In this document: in pieces, positions 9,596-21,527 of the stretch
How positions within the stretch are numbered: the first letter of the stretch is position 1
How the letters are laid out: each line of letters begins with the position of its first letter
DNA from: Methanocaldococcus jannaschii DSM 2661
GTDB taxonomy: Archaea; AGJL01; Methanococci; Methanococcales; Methanocaldococcaceae
NCBI RefSeq assembly: GCF_000091665.1
Contig: NC_000909.1
Location: forward strand, 628,485-652,484
Length of the DNA stretch: 24,000 nt
Direction: 5' to 3'
Translations under genes and position numbers: made by a program
The notes under the pieces: generated by a model
Told to the model about the DNA's origin: nothing
Database searches by the model: none
What the model saw: only the letters and a program-made list of their open reading frames with translations

Positions 9596-9668
9596 GGCCG
9601 GGGTGGGGTAGTGGCCATCCTGGGGGACTGTGGATCCCCTGACCCGGGTTCAATTCCCGGTCCCGGCC
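9596..9668 (+). tRNA. tRNA-His (GTG) with encoded G-1
   Basis: Extra 5' G before acceptor GCCGGGG. Anticodon stem GGGGA/TCCCC with loop CTGTGGA. Discriminator C. Confidence 0.9.
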
Positions 9669-9669
9669 C

Positions 9670-9684
9670 TTTTTTATTTTTTTT
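9670..9684 (+). terminator. oligo-T tract (TTTTTTATTTTTTTT) after tRNA-His
   Basis: Archaeal intrinsic terminators are oligo-T runs. This one starts 2 nt after the tRNA. Confidence 0.6.
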
Positions 9685-9738
9685 CAACCTTAATTGTTCT
9701 ATTCCTAAAAACGTTGCATGTAACAACCTCCTGTTATT

Positions 9739-9859
9739 GGATGCACTTGAAATAGGGCTTACGCGGGTAAGTTTCCTATTGGAATAAATGATGCCCTTTA
9801 GGGCTTCAAAATTCCAAATTCAATAAAATAATGCGTAAGCCCTATTTAAGGATGCGTCC
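9739..9859 (+). repeat. nested-hairpin repeat element, copy 2 (upstream of the 16S leader)
   Basis: Perfect 15-bp inverted repeat AAATAGGGCTTACGC (9750-9764) / GCGTAAGCCCTATTT (9833-9847), imperfectly extendable to 9739/9859. 68-nt AT-rich loop with inner hairpin GATGCCC-TTTA-GGGCTTC. Shares TGATGCCCTTT and AAATTCCA anchors with copy 4. Confidence 0.7.
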
Positions 9860-9879
9860 CCAATCCGAAGGGTTGGGGC

Positions 9880-9923
9880 TGAGGCAAGCCCACGACTGGT
9901 GGTGAAACCCCGCAGCAACCAGC
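9880..9923 (+). other. 16S processing stem, 5' strand
   Basis: Complementary to 11458-11500 as 20-bp and 16-bp helices separated by an internal loop. This is the expected site of a bulge-helix-bulge endonuclease substrate. Confidence 0.85.
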
Positions 9924-9967
9924 CGCAAGAAAGGTTTATCCTTTCTTGCGACCGTACCTCCCACTTA

Positions 9968-11446
<1,479 letters not shown>

Positions 11447-11457
11447 GAGAAAAAAGC

Positions 11458-11500
11458 GCTGGTTGCTGCGGGGCACCAAACCAGTCGTGGGCTTGCCTCA
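11458..11500 (+). other. 16S processing stem, 3' strand
   Basis: Reverse complement of 9880-9923 apart from the central internal loop. Confidence 0.85.
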
Positions 11501-11510
11501 TAGGGAAAGT

Positions 11511-11583
11511 GGGCCCGTAGCTCAGCTGGGAGAGCGCCGGCCTTGCAAGCCGGAGGCCGTGGGTTCAAATCCCACCGGGTCCA
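11511..11583 (+). tRNA. tRNA-Ala (TGC) in the 16S-23S spacer, no encoded CCA
   Basis: Acceptor GGGCCCG/CGGGTCC gives the G3:U70 alanine identity pair. Anticodon loop CTTGCAA. Confidence 0.95.
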
Positions 11584-11632
11584 CTATATATGCAGCCTGC
11601 AACTCCAAAGAGTTGCAGGTGAAGGGCCTGAT

Positions 11633-11724
11633 ACGGGACTTTCGCAGGAAATAATTTTTATTTGGTAATTGATGCTTTCAGCATCTCACTACCTTATAAA
11701 TATTACAAACTGCGAAAGTCCCGT
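11633..11724 (+). repeat. nested-hairpin repeat element, copy 3 (between tRNA-Ala and the 23S processing stem)
   Basis: Perfect 15-bp inverted repeat ACGGGACTTTCGCAG (11633-11647) / CTGCGAAAGTCCCGT (11710-11724). 62-nt AT-rich loop with a T-run (11655-11663), inner hairpin GATGC-TTTCA-GCATC (11671-11685) and TATA-like TTATAAATATT (11694-11704). Confidence 0.75.
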
Positions 11725-11734
11725 AAAAACATGA

Positions 11735-11759
11735 GGGCCATGCATAGGCTTCCACATCC
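11735..11759 (+). other. 23S processing stem, 5' strand
   Basis: Perfect 25-nt complement of 14798-14822. Confidence 0.85.
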
Positions 11760-11770
11760 CGGTGAAATCT

Positions 11771-14786
<3,016 letters not shown>

Positions 14787-14797
14787 AGACACTAAGC

Positions 14798-14822
14798 GGA
14801 TGTGGAAGCCTATGCATGGCCC
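14798..14822 (+). other. 23S processing stem, 3' strand
   Basis: Perfect reverse complement of 11735-11759. Confidence 0.85.
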
Positions 14823-14846
14823 AAAAAAAGGCACCATTTATTTCTT

Positions 14847-14965
14847 GGTACGGCGGTCATAGCGGGGGGGCCACACCCGAACCCATCCCGAACTCGGAAG
14901 TTAAGCCCCCCAGCGATGCCCCGAGTACTGCCATCTGGCGGGAAAGGGGCGACACCGCCGGCCAC
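14847..14965 (+). rRNA. rrf: 5S rRNA
   Basis: GGTACGGCGGTCATAGCGGGGGGGCCACACCCGAACCCATCCCGAACTCGGAAGTTAAGCCC... with terminal helix to ...ACCGCCGGCCAC. About 119 nt. Ends approximate. Confidence 0.92.
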
Positions 14966-14979
14966 TTTTTATTATTTTA
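14966..14979 (+). terminator. oligo-T tract (TTTTTATTATTTT) after 5S
   Basis: T-rich run directly after the 5S terminal helix. Confidence 0.6.
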
Positions 14980-14989
14980 GAAAATAACA

Positions 14990-14997
14990 TTTATATA
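14990..14997 (+). promoter_or_regulatory. TATA box TTTATATA; candidate dedicated promoter of RNase P RNA
   Basis: The box lies about 19-26 nt upstream of the P1 5' end at 15016, the canonical archaeal TATA-to-start spacing. Confidence 0.65.
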
Positions 14998-15015
14998 TTC
15001 AAATCTTAAAGTTAA

Positions 15016-15281
15016 GCGGGTAAGGGGGCTGGTGACTTTCCCCTCTTTAAGAGGGGAGGAAGTTCCGCCCACCCCATTTATGGGCAGCGTCCCCTGAGAA
15101 GGGGCGGGAGATGCAGCAGAAACGACACGGCTCCGGAAGAGATGACGATGATAGTGAAAGTTGAGGACTTCCGGAGAACCGGTGAAACGGGCATCTCCCC
15201 TGCCCGGGGTGCAAGCCGGTTTCGGCGCTTAGCCGAATGTCACCGAAATTACAGAAGGCGGGCTATAGCCCCCATACCCGC
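15016..15281 (+). ncRNA. rnpB: RNase P RNA (archaeal, Methanococcales-like reduced type)
   Basis: P1 pairs GCGGGTAAGGGGG (15016-15028) with CCCCCATACCCGC (15269-15281). CR-I-like GAGGAAGTTCCGCC and CR-V-like ACAGAAGGCGGGCTATA form P4. GC-rich island in AT-rich DNA. Followed by T6 at 15286-15291. Confidence 0.9.
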
Positions 15282-15285
15282 ACTA

Positions 15286-15291
15286 TTTTTT
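15286..15291 (+). terminator. oligo-T tract after RNase P RNA
   Basis: TTTTTT lies 5 nt after the P1 3' strand. Confidence 0.5.
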
Positions 15292-15293
15292 AT

Positions 15294-15383
15294 AGAATTT
15301 TCGCAGTTTTATATTAACTTCGTGGAATTTAGATGCTCAAAGGGCATCAATTTTCTCTAAAATTTTATTCCTGCAAAAGTTCT
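15294..15383 (-). repeat. nested-hairpin repeat element, copy 4 (inverted orientation, downstream of RNase P RNA)
   Basis: 13-bp outer stem AGAATTTTCGCAG (15294-15306) / CTGCAAAAGTTCT (15371-15383) with 1 mismatch and 1 wobble. 64-nt loop. Its reverse complement aligns with copy 3 (TTGATGC..TTT.AGCATCT, flanking GCAG|GAATAA and AAA|CTGCGAAA) and with copy 2 (TGATGCCCTTT, AAATTCCA). Confidence 0.7.
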
Positions 15384-15509
15384 ATATTTTTTTAATTATT
15401 AATCAATGAACTTAAATTAATAAATATAAATTATTTTATCTAAATTAAAGGTTTTTATATATCAAAAAGTAAAATTAAATTTAAAAAAGAGATTAAAAAT
15501 TGGGAGAAA

Positions 15510-16478
15510 ATGGATAGTGTTCTAAGTGGTAAGATTGTTCAAATACTTGTGGGGTATTTAAAAGAAAATATCTATTCTGAACAAATGATAAAACTTAGGA
15601 TGAAGAGAATTTGTAGCTATGAGGAGTTTTTACCAACATACTCTTTAATAGAAAGGATTACTGAAGAAAGTAAAGAGATAGCAATAAAAGTATATGAAAA
15701 GAACATTATCGTAGAGATTGTTAAAGATTTTAAAAATAAGGATTTAATAGAACTATTTGAACTTAAAGAAGAGCTATTTGATGAAGCTTTAAGCTATTTA
15801 AAAAAATATAATGCAGATAAATTCTTAGAGAGCTACACTTTATACTGCTTTAGTGAGTATTCAGACCCTGACTCATTTATCAAGGAAAATAAGAGTATAT
15901 TAACAAAACTTCTTAGAAATCAGTATGAAGAAGTTCCAGAGGAATATATAAATGAATTATTAAAAAGCAAAATAAAGTATTCAACAAAAGATTTAATAAT
16001 TTTGGATTGGGATAATGGAATAATCTTAGATAAAAATGAAGATTTCTGGGAAGAAGTTGATATTATCGAACTTGCCTGTATTAGAGTTTTGAATTTAAGA
16101 GTATTTGACAGTATGCTAAGTGAAGCAATACAATATTTCACAAGATTACAGTGGGAAAAACTTGGATATTTTAAGCTAAAAAAACTATCTAAGGATTTAT
16201 ATCTACAAAGAATCAGCTATATATCATATTTTGATAGCATTGAAAATGTCCTTATGTTGTATGGAGACAGATATTATGCTGAGTTGTATGAAAGATTATG
16301 TAAAATATTCTACGTCTCAGAATGGATTAAAAGAGTAGAGAAAAAAATGGAAATGATTAGTGATATATACACAATGACAAGGCAACATTTAACTGAGTTT
16401 TATGGATTATTGTTGGAAGGAACAATTGTTGCTTTAATACTATTGGAGATAATTTTAGCTTTAGCAAAGATTGTTTAA
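15510..16478 (+). CDS. hypothetical protein, probably RMD1/DUF155 family, with a single C-terminal TM helix
   Basis: 322 aa. The C-terminal pattern (helical region, then [22 protein letters not shown]) and overall layout resemble DUF155. Family assignment is from memory of the profile only. Confidence 0.5.
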
Positions 16479-17482
16479 ATAACTCCTGTTTCTTCAGCCA
16501 GTTTCCTTGCCTCTTCTCTACTTAACCCATCTCTTAATATAGTCCATCTATTTCTTATTTTATGAGCCATAGTTAATGCCTCAATAATGATATCTTCATC
16601 AAATCCAAGTTCTTTGGCAGTTGTTGGAGCATCAACCTTTTTTAAACTCATTTTAATCTTTTCATGTAATCCAGATAACTTTTTATTCTCTTTCTCATGT
16701 AGATAGCTCATCATTATTGTTCCTATTCCACACTGTTCTCCATGTAAGGAATTTATATTTAAGTTATACTCCTCTTTTAACTTATCCAAAGCATGAGAGA
16801 AGAGATGCTCACTTCCGGAGGCGGGTCTTGAAGAATTTGCTATAGCTATCGCTATACCACTCCCAACTAATGCTTTTACAAGTTTATTATGATACTCTGA
16901 CAAATCTGAATTTAAAACATAACTTATTAATTCTTTAGCTATTGTTTTTGAAAATATAGCAGAGCTCTCACTGTATTTTTCCCCTTTCTCTTTATAAGCC
17001 AATTTCCAATCTAAAACAGCTGTTATATTTGAAACAATATCCCCCATTCCTGCACTTAACAATCTCCTTGGAGATTTTTTTATTATCTCTGTATCAGCAA
17101 TTATGGCTATTGGGGCATCAACCATAAATGAGGGTTGTCTTATAGAAACAATTGGTGAGGCAATGCCATCATTTGACGCAGTTGTGGGCACACTAATAAA
17201 TGGAATACCTAATTTATAAGCTAAATATTTACCAGTATCTATTGATCTTCCTCCTCCAATACCAATTACACAATCATAGGCAGTATATTTTTTAAGTTCA
17301 ATTTCAAGATTGTTTAAAATTTCATCATAATATACAATATCATAGAAAAATCTACAGTATTTTTTTGTATTTTTTCCGGTAATCACTAATGGATTTTTTA
17401 AGTTGAGTTTTTTCAAAATTTCCTCTATTTTATTAATTGCTCCATCTTCTATAATTGTATATCTTGGTGTGACTATAATCAT
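16475..17482 (-). CDS. egsA: sn-glycerol-1-phosphate dehydrogenase
   Basis: 335 aa. [12 protein letters not shown] nucleotide-binding loop, [14 protein letters not shown], and His-rich metal site ([19 protein letters not shown]) of the G1PDH/DHQS-like superfamily. Confidence 0.92.
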
Positions 17483-17534
17483 CCTACCCCTCTTTTAAAA
17501 TATAAGCTATTCCTTGTCCAAAACTAATCCCGCC

Positions 17535-17597
17535 CCATAGGGCTCTGCCTATTGGGATACCCGTTATCCATTAAGTTGGGGCTTTCAGCCCCAATTA
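17535..17597 (+). repeat. GC-rich structured insert abutting the hypF stop codon (possible degenerate copy 5 of the hairpin element)
   Basis: Hairpins CCATAGG-GCTCTG-CCTATTGG (17535-17555) and TTGGGGC-TTTCA-GCCCCAA (17576-17594). The latter shares the loop and TAA.TTG..GCTTTCAGC..C context of the copy 3 inner hairpin. ATAGGGCT and CCTATTGG also occur in copy 2. Confidence 0.4.
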
Positions 17598-19868
17598 ATA
17601 TCCATTTTTTAAGATATAGGCAACACCTTGCCCAAAACTAATTCCCCCATCTCCATTAGGAACTCTTTGATGATAAATAAAATTAAAACCCTCCCTTTTT
17701 GCATTATTCATAATTCTTTCAGTTATTATTTTGTTATATGAGACTCCTCCAGTAATGCCTATAGTATTTATTCCAAATTTATTCGATATTTTCTTAGCAA
17801 TCTCAAATAATCCATCTGCTATATAAATATGGGCAAAATGTGCTATTTTTTCTTTATTTTCGTTATTTAATAGCATCTCATAAGATTTGTAAATAAGTTC
17901 TGTAGTATTTAAGATGTTATTTTTTATTTTTGGCTCTATATTAATATCTCCTTTAAACCTATTTGCCACTGGCTCTAATCTTATACTCGGCTCTCCATCG
18001 TAAGTTTTTTCAAAGCAAATTCCTAATAAAGCTGAAACAGCATCTAAAACTCTACCAGTGGATGTAGTTATTGGACAGTTAAGTTTTTTCTCAAGTTGGA
18101 ATTTTAATAATCTAAGTTCTTTTTCTGAGAAGAAATTATATCTTTTTATAAAATCAAATGCCTCCTCACCAATGGCTTTATATAATATAGAAAGTAGCAT
18201 CCTCAAAGGATACTTAGTTGCTAAGTCCCCTCCTAACTGATACTGTTCCTCCAAATGCCCTACTCTCTCCATCTTGCCATCTTTAAATAACAAAACCTCC
18301 CCTCCCCAAATATTCCCATCCAATCCATAACCTACCCCATCCAACGACAAAATTATTGCATCATCGAAATAGTTGTTGTCCCCTAATAAGCTATAAGCAT
18401 GTGCAAAATGATGCTGAACTCTAAAAATCTCAGCCCCAAATTTTTCTGATAATTCCTCAGCTAATTTTGTTGAATTAAACTGAGGATGCAAGTCACAAAC
18501 AATAGCATCAATTTTATTTGTGTTTGTTAATCTTAAAATGTTGTTTATCGCATCTCTTAGATAGCAGAATGTCTCATACTTTGAGGTATTTCCTATATAC
18601 TGGGTTAGATAAAACTTATCTCTCTTTACAATACAAGCGGTTGAGTTTAGCTCAGCCCCAACACATAGGATATTTTTATTATTGTTTATATTAACCTTTA
18701 CAGGCTCTGGAGCAAATCCCCTTGACCTCCTTAAAAAAACTAATCTATCAGCTACCTTTTTAACAACACTGTCATCACATCTATTCACTATCCTTCTATT
18801 ATGCAATAAGAAGTAGTCAGCAATACCGTTAAGTTTTTTTAATATCTCATCATTATCCTTAACCATTGGTAATCCTGGCAGATTAGCAGAGGTCATAACA
18901 TAAGCAATCTCTTTATCAAATAAGAGATAATGCAACCCACTGTATGGAAACATAACTCCAATAGTGTCTAAATTAGAAACATACTTTGAAAAATATTTAT
19001 CATAATCTTGGCTCTTTTTTAAAACAACTATTGGTCTTCTTAAAGATAACAAAGCATTTTTTTCATCTTCGTCAAATTCAGCAAACAGCTCTGTATATTC
19101 TATTTTACTCATTACTGCAAATGGTTGAGTTGGTCTTCCCAATCTCTTCCTTAATTCTAAAACTACATCATCCTCTCCTACTTTACAAGCTAAGTGAGTC
19201 CCTCCAATTCCTTTTATAGCTAATATATGACCCTCTTCCAATAATTTAACTGTTTCTCTAATTGCTTCATCTTTTTCAGCTATAATCTCTTTTCCATCAC
19301 TCAAAAATACCTTAGGACCGCAAATTGGGCAACAAGTGGCTTGAGCATGAAATCTCCTATCTAAAGGATTTTTATATTCCTCCAAGCACTTTTCACATAA
19401 AGGAAAATCTCTCATTGATGTATTTTCTCTATCATAGGGAAGTTTTTCAACTATTGTAAATCTCGGCCCACAATTTGTGCATGCAATAAATGGGTATCTG
19501 TATCTCCTATCATTTTTATCAAGCATTTCTTTTAAGCAGTCGTCACATATTGCTACATCAGCTGGTATAGTGCCTTCTTCCTCATCTTTAGCGTTTTCAC
19601 TCTTTATAATATAGAAGTCATCAAATTCTTCAATTCCTTTAATTTCCTCAATATCCAATTTATCAATTCTTGACAATGGCGGTTTCTTATTTTTTAAATC
19701 ATTGATAAAATTTCTTATATCCTCTTTTTTTCCTTCAATAAGAATTTCCACATAATTCCCCATGTTTTTTACATAGCCCTTTAAATTATTTTTTTTAGCT
19801 ATTCTATAAACAAAAGGTCTAAACCCTACACCTTGAACTATACCTTTAACTTTAATTCTTACCTTCAT
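17595..19868 (-). CDS. hypF: [NiFe]-hydrogenase maturation carbamoyltransferase HypF
   Basis: Acylphosphatase domain (VKGIVQGVGFRPFVYRIA), two CxxC-x18-CxxC zinc fingers (CDDC..CTNCGPRF, CEKC..CPICGP), and YrdC-like and Kae1-like domains. Start probably MKVRIKV at 19868 rather than 19895. Confidence 0.93.
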   Translation of the reverse strand: MKVRIKVKGIVQGVGFRPFVYRIAKKNNLKGYVKNMGNYVEILIEGKKEDIRNFINDLKNKKPPLSRIDKLDIEEIKGIEEFDDFYIIKSENAKDEEEGTIPADVAICDDCLKEMLDKNDRRYRYPFIACTNCGPRFTIVEKLPYDRENTSMRDFPLCEKCLEEYKNPLDRRFHAQATCCPICGPKVFLSDGKEIIAEKDEAIRETVKLLEEGHILAIKGIGGTHLACKVGEDDVVLELRKRLGRPTQPFAVMSKIEYTELFAEFDEDEKNALLSLRRPIVVLKKSQDYDKYFSKYVSNLDTIGVMFPYSGLHYLLFDKEIAYVMTSANLPGLPMVKDNDEILKKLNGIADYFLLHNRRIVNRCDDSVVKKVADRLVFLRRSRGFAPEPVKVNINNNKNILCVGAELNSTACIVKRDKFYLTQYIGNTSKYETFCYLRDAINNILRLTNTNKIDAIVCDLHPQFNSTKLAEELSEKFGAEIFRVQHHFAHAYSLLGDNNYFDDAIILSLDGVGYGLDGNIWGGEVLLFKDGKMERVGHLEEQYQLGGDLATKYPLRMLLSILYKAIGEEAFDFIKRYNFFSEKELRLLKFQLEKKLNCPITTSTGRVLDAVSALLGICFEKTYDGEPSIRLEPVANRFKGDINIEPKIKNNILNTTELIYKSYEMLLNNENKEKIAHFAHIYIADGLFEIAKKISNKFGINTIGITGGVSYNKIITERIMNNAKREGFNFIYHQRVPNGDGGISFGQGVAYILKNGY

Positions 19869-19999
19869 TTTAACACCAAAAAATAATATCTCCATTTAAT
19901 TTTAAATTTGATTATTATTTAATTTTTTAATATGTAGTTTTGAAAATCTAATTGATATTATTAAAATTTTTAATATACATATTAAATTTTATGATAAAG

Positions 20000-20007
20000 T
20001 TTATATA
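20000..20007 (+). promoter_or_regulatory. TATA box TTTATATA (AAAGTTTATATA); candidate promoter for the roadblock-hmd paralog-V4R genes
   Basis: Same BRE/TATA string as the tRNA promoter. Lies about 47 nt upstream of the ATG at 20054. Confidence 0.55.
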
Positions 20008-20053
20008 AAACAAATTCAAACATAATTAAACGTAAAAAATTTTGGTGGAGAGT

Positions 20054-20398
20054 ATGATTGACAGAGTTTTATTAGAGCTAAATAGAACCGATGGAGTTAA
20101 AGGTTCAATGGTTGTTGGGAAGGATGGGTTAGTTATAGCCTCTCAATTGCCAGGAAATGTAGATGCTGAATTAGTTGGGGCTATGGCTTCAGCAGCATTT
20201 GGGGCTGCTGAGAGAACCTCTTCCGAGATTGGGTTAAGTGGTTTAGAACAAACAATGATTGAAGGAGAGCATGGGAAAACATTAATGGTCGATGCAGGAG
20301 AGGGAATTTTAGTAGTCTTAACTGACGCAAAAGTTAATTTGGGTTTAATTAGAATAACAATGAAAAGAGCGGCAGATAAGATAAAAGCAATGTTTTAA
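20054..20398 (+). CDS. Roadblock/LC7 (MglB-like) domain protein
   Basis: The ORF-track start at 20042 is TTG. The ATG at 20054 follows a GGTGGAG RBS. About 114 aa with [17 protein letters not shown] and GILVVLTD strands typical of the family. Confidence 0.8.
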   Translation: MIDRVLLELNRTDGVKGSMVVGKDGLVIASQLPGNVDAELVGAMASAAFGAAERTSSEIGLSGLEQTMIEGEHGKTLMVDAGEGILVVLTDAKVNLGLIRITMKRAADKIKAMF

Positions 20399-20439
20399 AT
20401 AAATTCTAATCCTTCAAAATTTACAATGAGGGATTTGGA

Positions 20440-21456
20440 ATGAAAATATCAATATATGGAGCTGGGAATCAGAGGCTTTATTTAGAACAGTTGAAAGTTC
20501 CAGAAAAGTTTGGTGGGGAGCCACCTTATGGAGGAGCTGGAATGGCTATTGAATTTGCTAAGGCAGGACATGATGTTGTTTTATCTGAACCAAATAGGGA
20601 TGTTATGAGTGATGATTTATGGAAGAAGGTTGAGGATGCTGGAGTTAAGGTTGTTAGTGATGATATCGAAGCTGCAAAGCATGGGGAAATTCATGTTTTA
20701 TTTACACCATTCGGAAGAATAACATTAAACATTGCAAATACAATTATTGAACATGTTCCAGAGAATGCAATTATTTGTAACACTTGTACTATCCCAACTC
20801 CTGTTTTGTATAGGTCGTTGGAGGGAATTTTAAGATTAAAGAGGAGAGATGTTGGTATTAGCTCAATGCACCCAACAGGAGTTCCTGGAACTCCTTCTCA
20901 AAAATATTACACAATTGCAGGAAAAGCTTTGGAAGGAAAAGAGTATGCAACAGAAGATCAGATAAATAAATTAGTTGAATTGGTAAAAAGCGTTGGAAAG
21001 ATTCCTTATGTAACTCCTGCAGATGTTGTTCCTGCAGTTGCGGATATGGGGGCTTTAGTCACTGCAGTTGCCTTAGTTGGAGTTTTGGATTATTATAGGG
21101 TTGGAACGCAGATTATCAACGCTCCAAAGGATATGATAGAAAAGCAAATATTGATATCTTTACAAACAATTGCTTCAATTATTGAAACTTCTGGAATGGA
21201 GGGATTAATGAAAGTATTTAACAAAGACGCTTTACTTTCATCTGCAAAGAACATGTTAATTGATGAAAGACAGGAGGATTTAAATTTAGCTTTAAAGATT
21301 ATTGAAGAGTTTGATAAATCAACTATTGGAGAGAAAGATATCAGCCAGACCTATTTAGTAGCTCCACAGGCGCTAATAAAAGAGGCAGTATCATTAATTG
21401 GAAAGAGTGCTGTTGAGGGGATGATTAGAAGAAGTTCAAATAAATTATTCAAATAA
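20440..21456 (+). CDS. H2-forming methylene-H4MPT dehydrogenase-related protein (HmdII/III-type paralog)
   Basis: 338 aa. N-terminal Rossmann MKISIYGAGNQ and GGEPPYGGAGMAIEFAKAGHDVVL, and central CTIPT motif. This matches the Hmd paralogs rather than catalytic Hmd. Confidence 0.85.
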   Translation: MKISIYGAGNQRLYLEQLKVPEKFGGEPPYGGAGMAIEFAKAGHDVVLSEPNRDVMSDDLWKKVEDAGVKVVSDDIEAAKHGEIHVLFTPFGRITLNIANTIIEHVPENAIICNTCTIPTPVLYRSLEGILRLKRRDVGISSMHPTGVPGTPSQKYYTIAGKALEGKEYATEDQINKLVELVKSVGKIPYVTPADVVPAVADMGALVTAVALVGVLDYYRVGTQIINAPKDMIEKQILISLQTIASIIETSGMEGLMKVFNKDALLSSAKNMLIDERQEDLNLALKIIEEFDKSTIGEKDISQTYLVAPQALIKEAVSLIGKSAVEGMIRRSSNKLFK

Positions 21457-21527
21457 TCATAATAAAGTAATACTTATACTGAATATTCGAAATTATTATT
21501 TTGGAATTTTACAATATAGGTGATATT

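Noticed and set aside
9925-9949. Perfect hairpin GCAAGAAAGG-TTTAT-CCTTTCTTGC in the 16S leader
   Set aside because: It lies between the processing stem and the mature 16S 5' end. This is ordinary pre-rRNA leader structure and not an independent feature.
11596-11619. Perfect 10-bp hairpin CCTGCAACTC-CAAA-GAGTTGCAGG after tRNA-Ala
   Set aside because: Probably spacer secondary structure aiding tRNA or rRNA processing. It has no repeat elsewhere in the window and no coding or promoter signal.
19869-19895. Longer N-termini suggested by the ORF track: hypF MEILFFGVK (19895), roadblock TTG at 20042, V4R TTG at 21501, tsr3 GTG at 6455, chrA at 23558
   Set aside because: In each case an internal ATG is preceded by a GGTG-type RBS, or coincides with the conserved start of the domain. 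The upstream codons are non-ATG or overlap intergenic structure.
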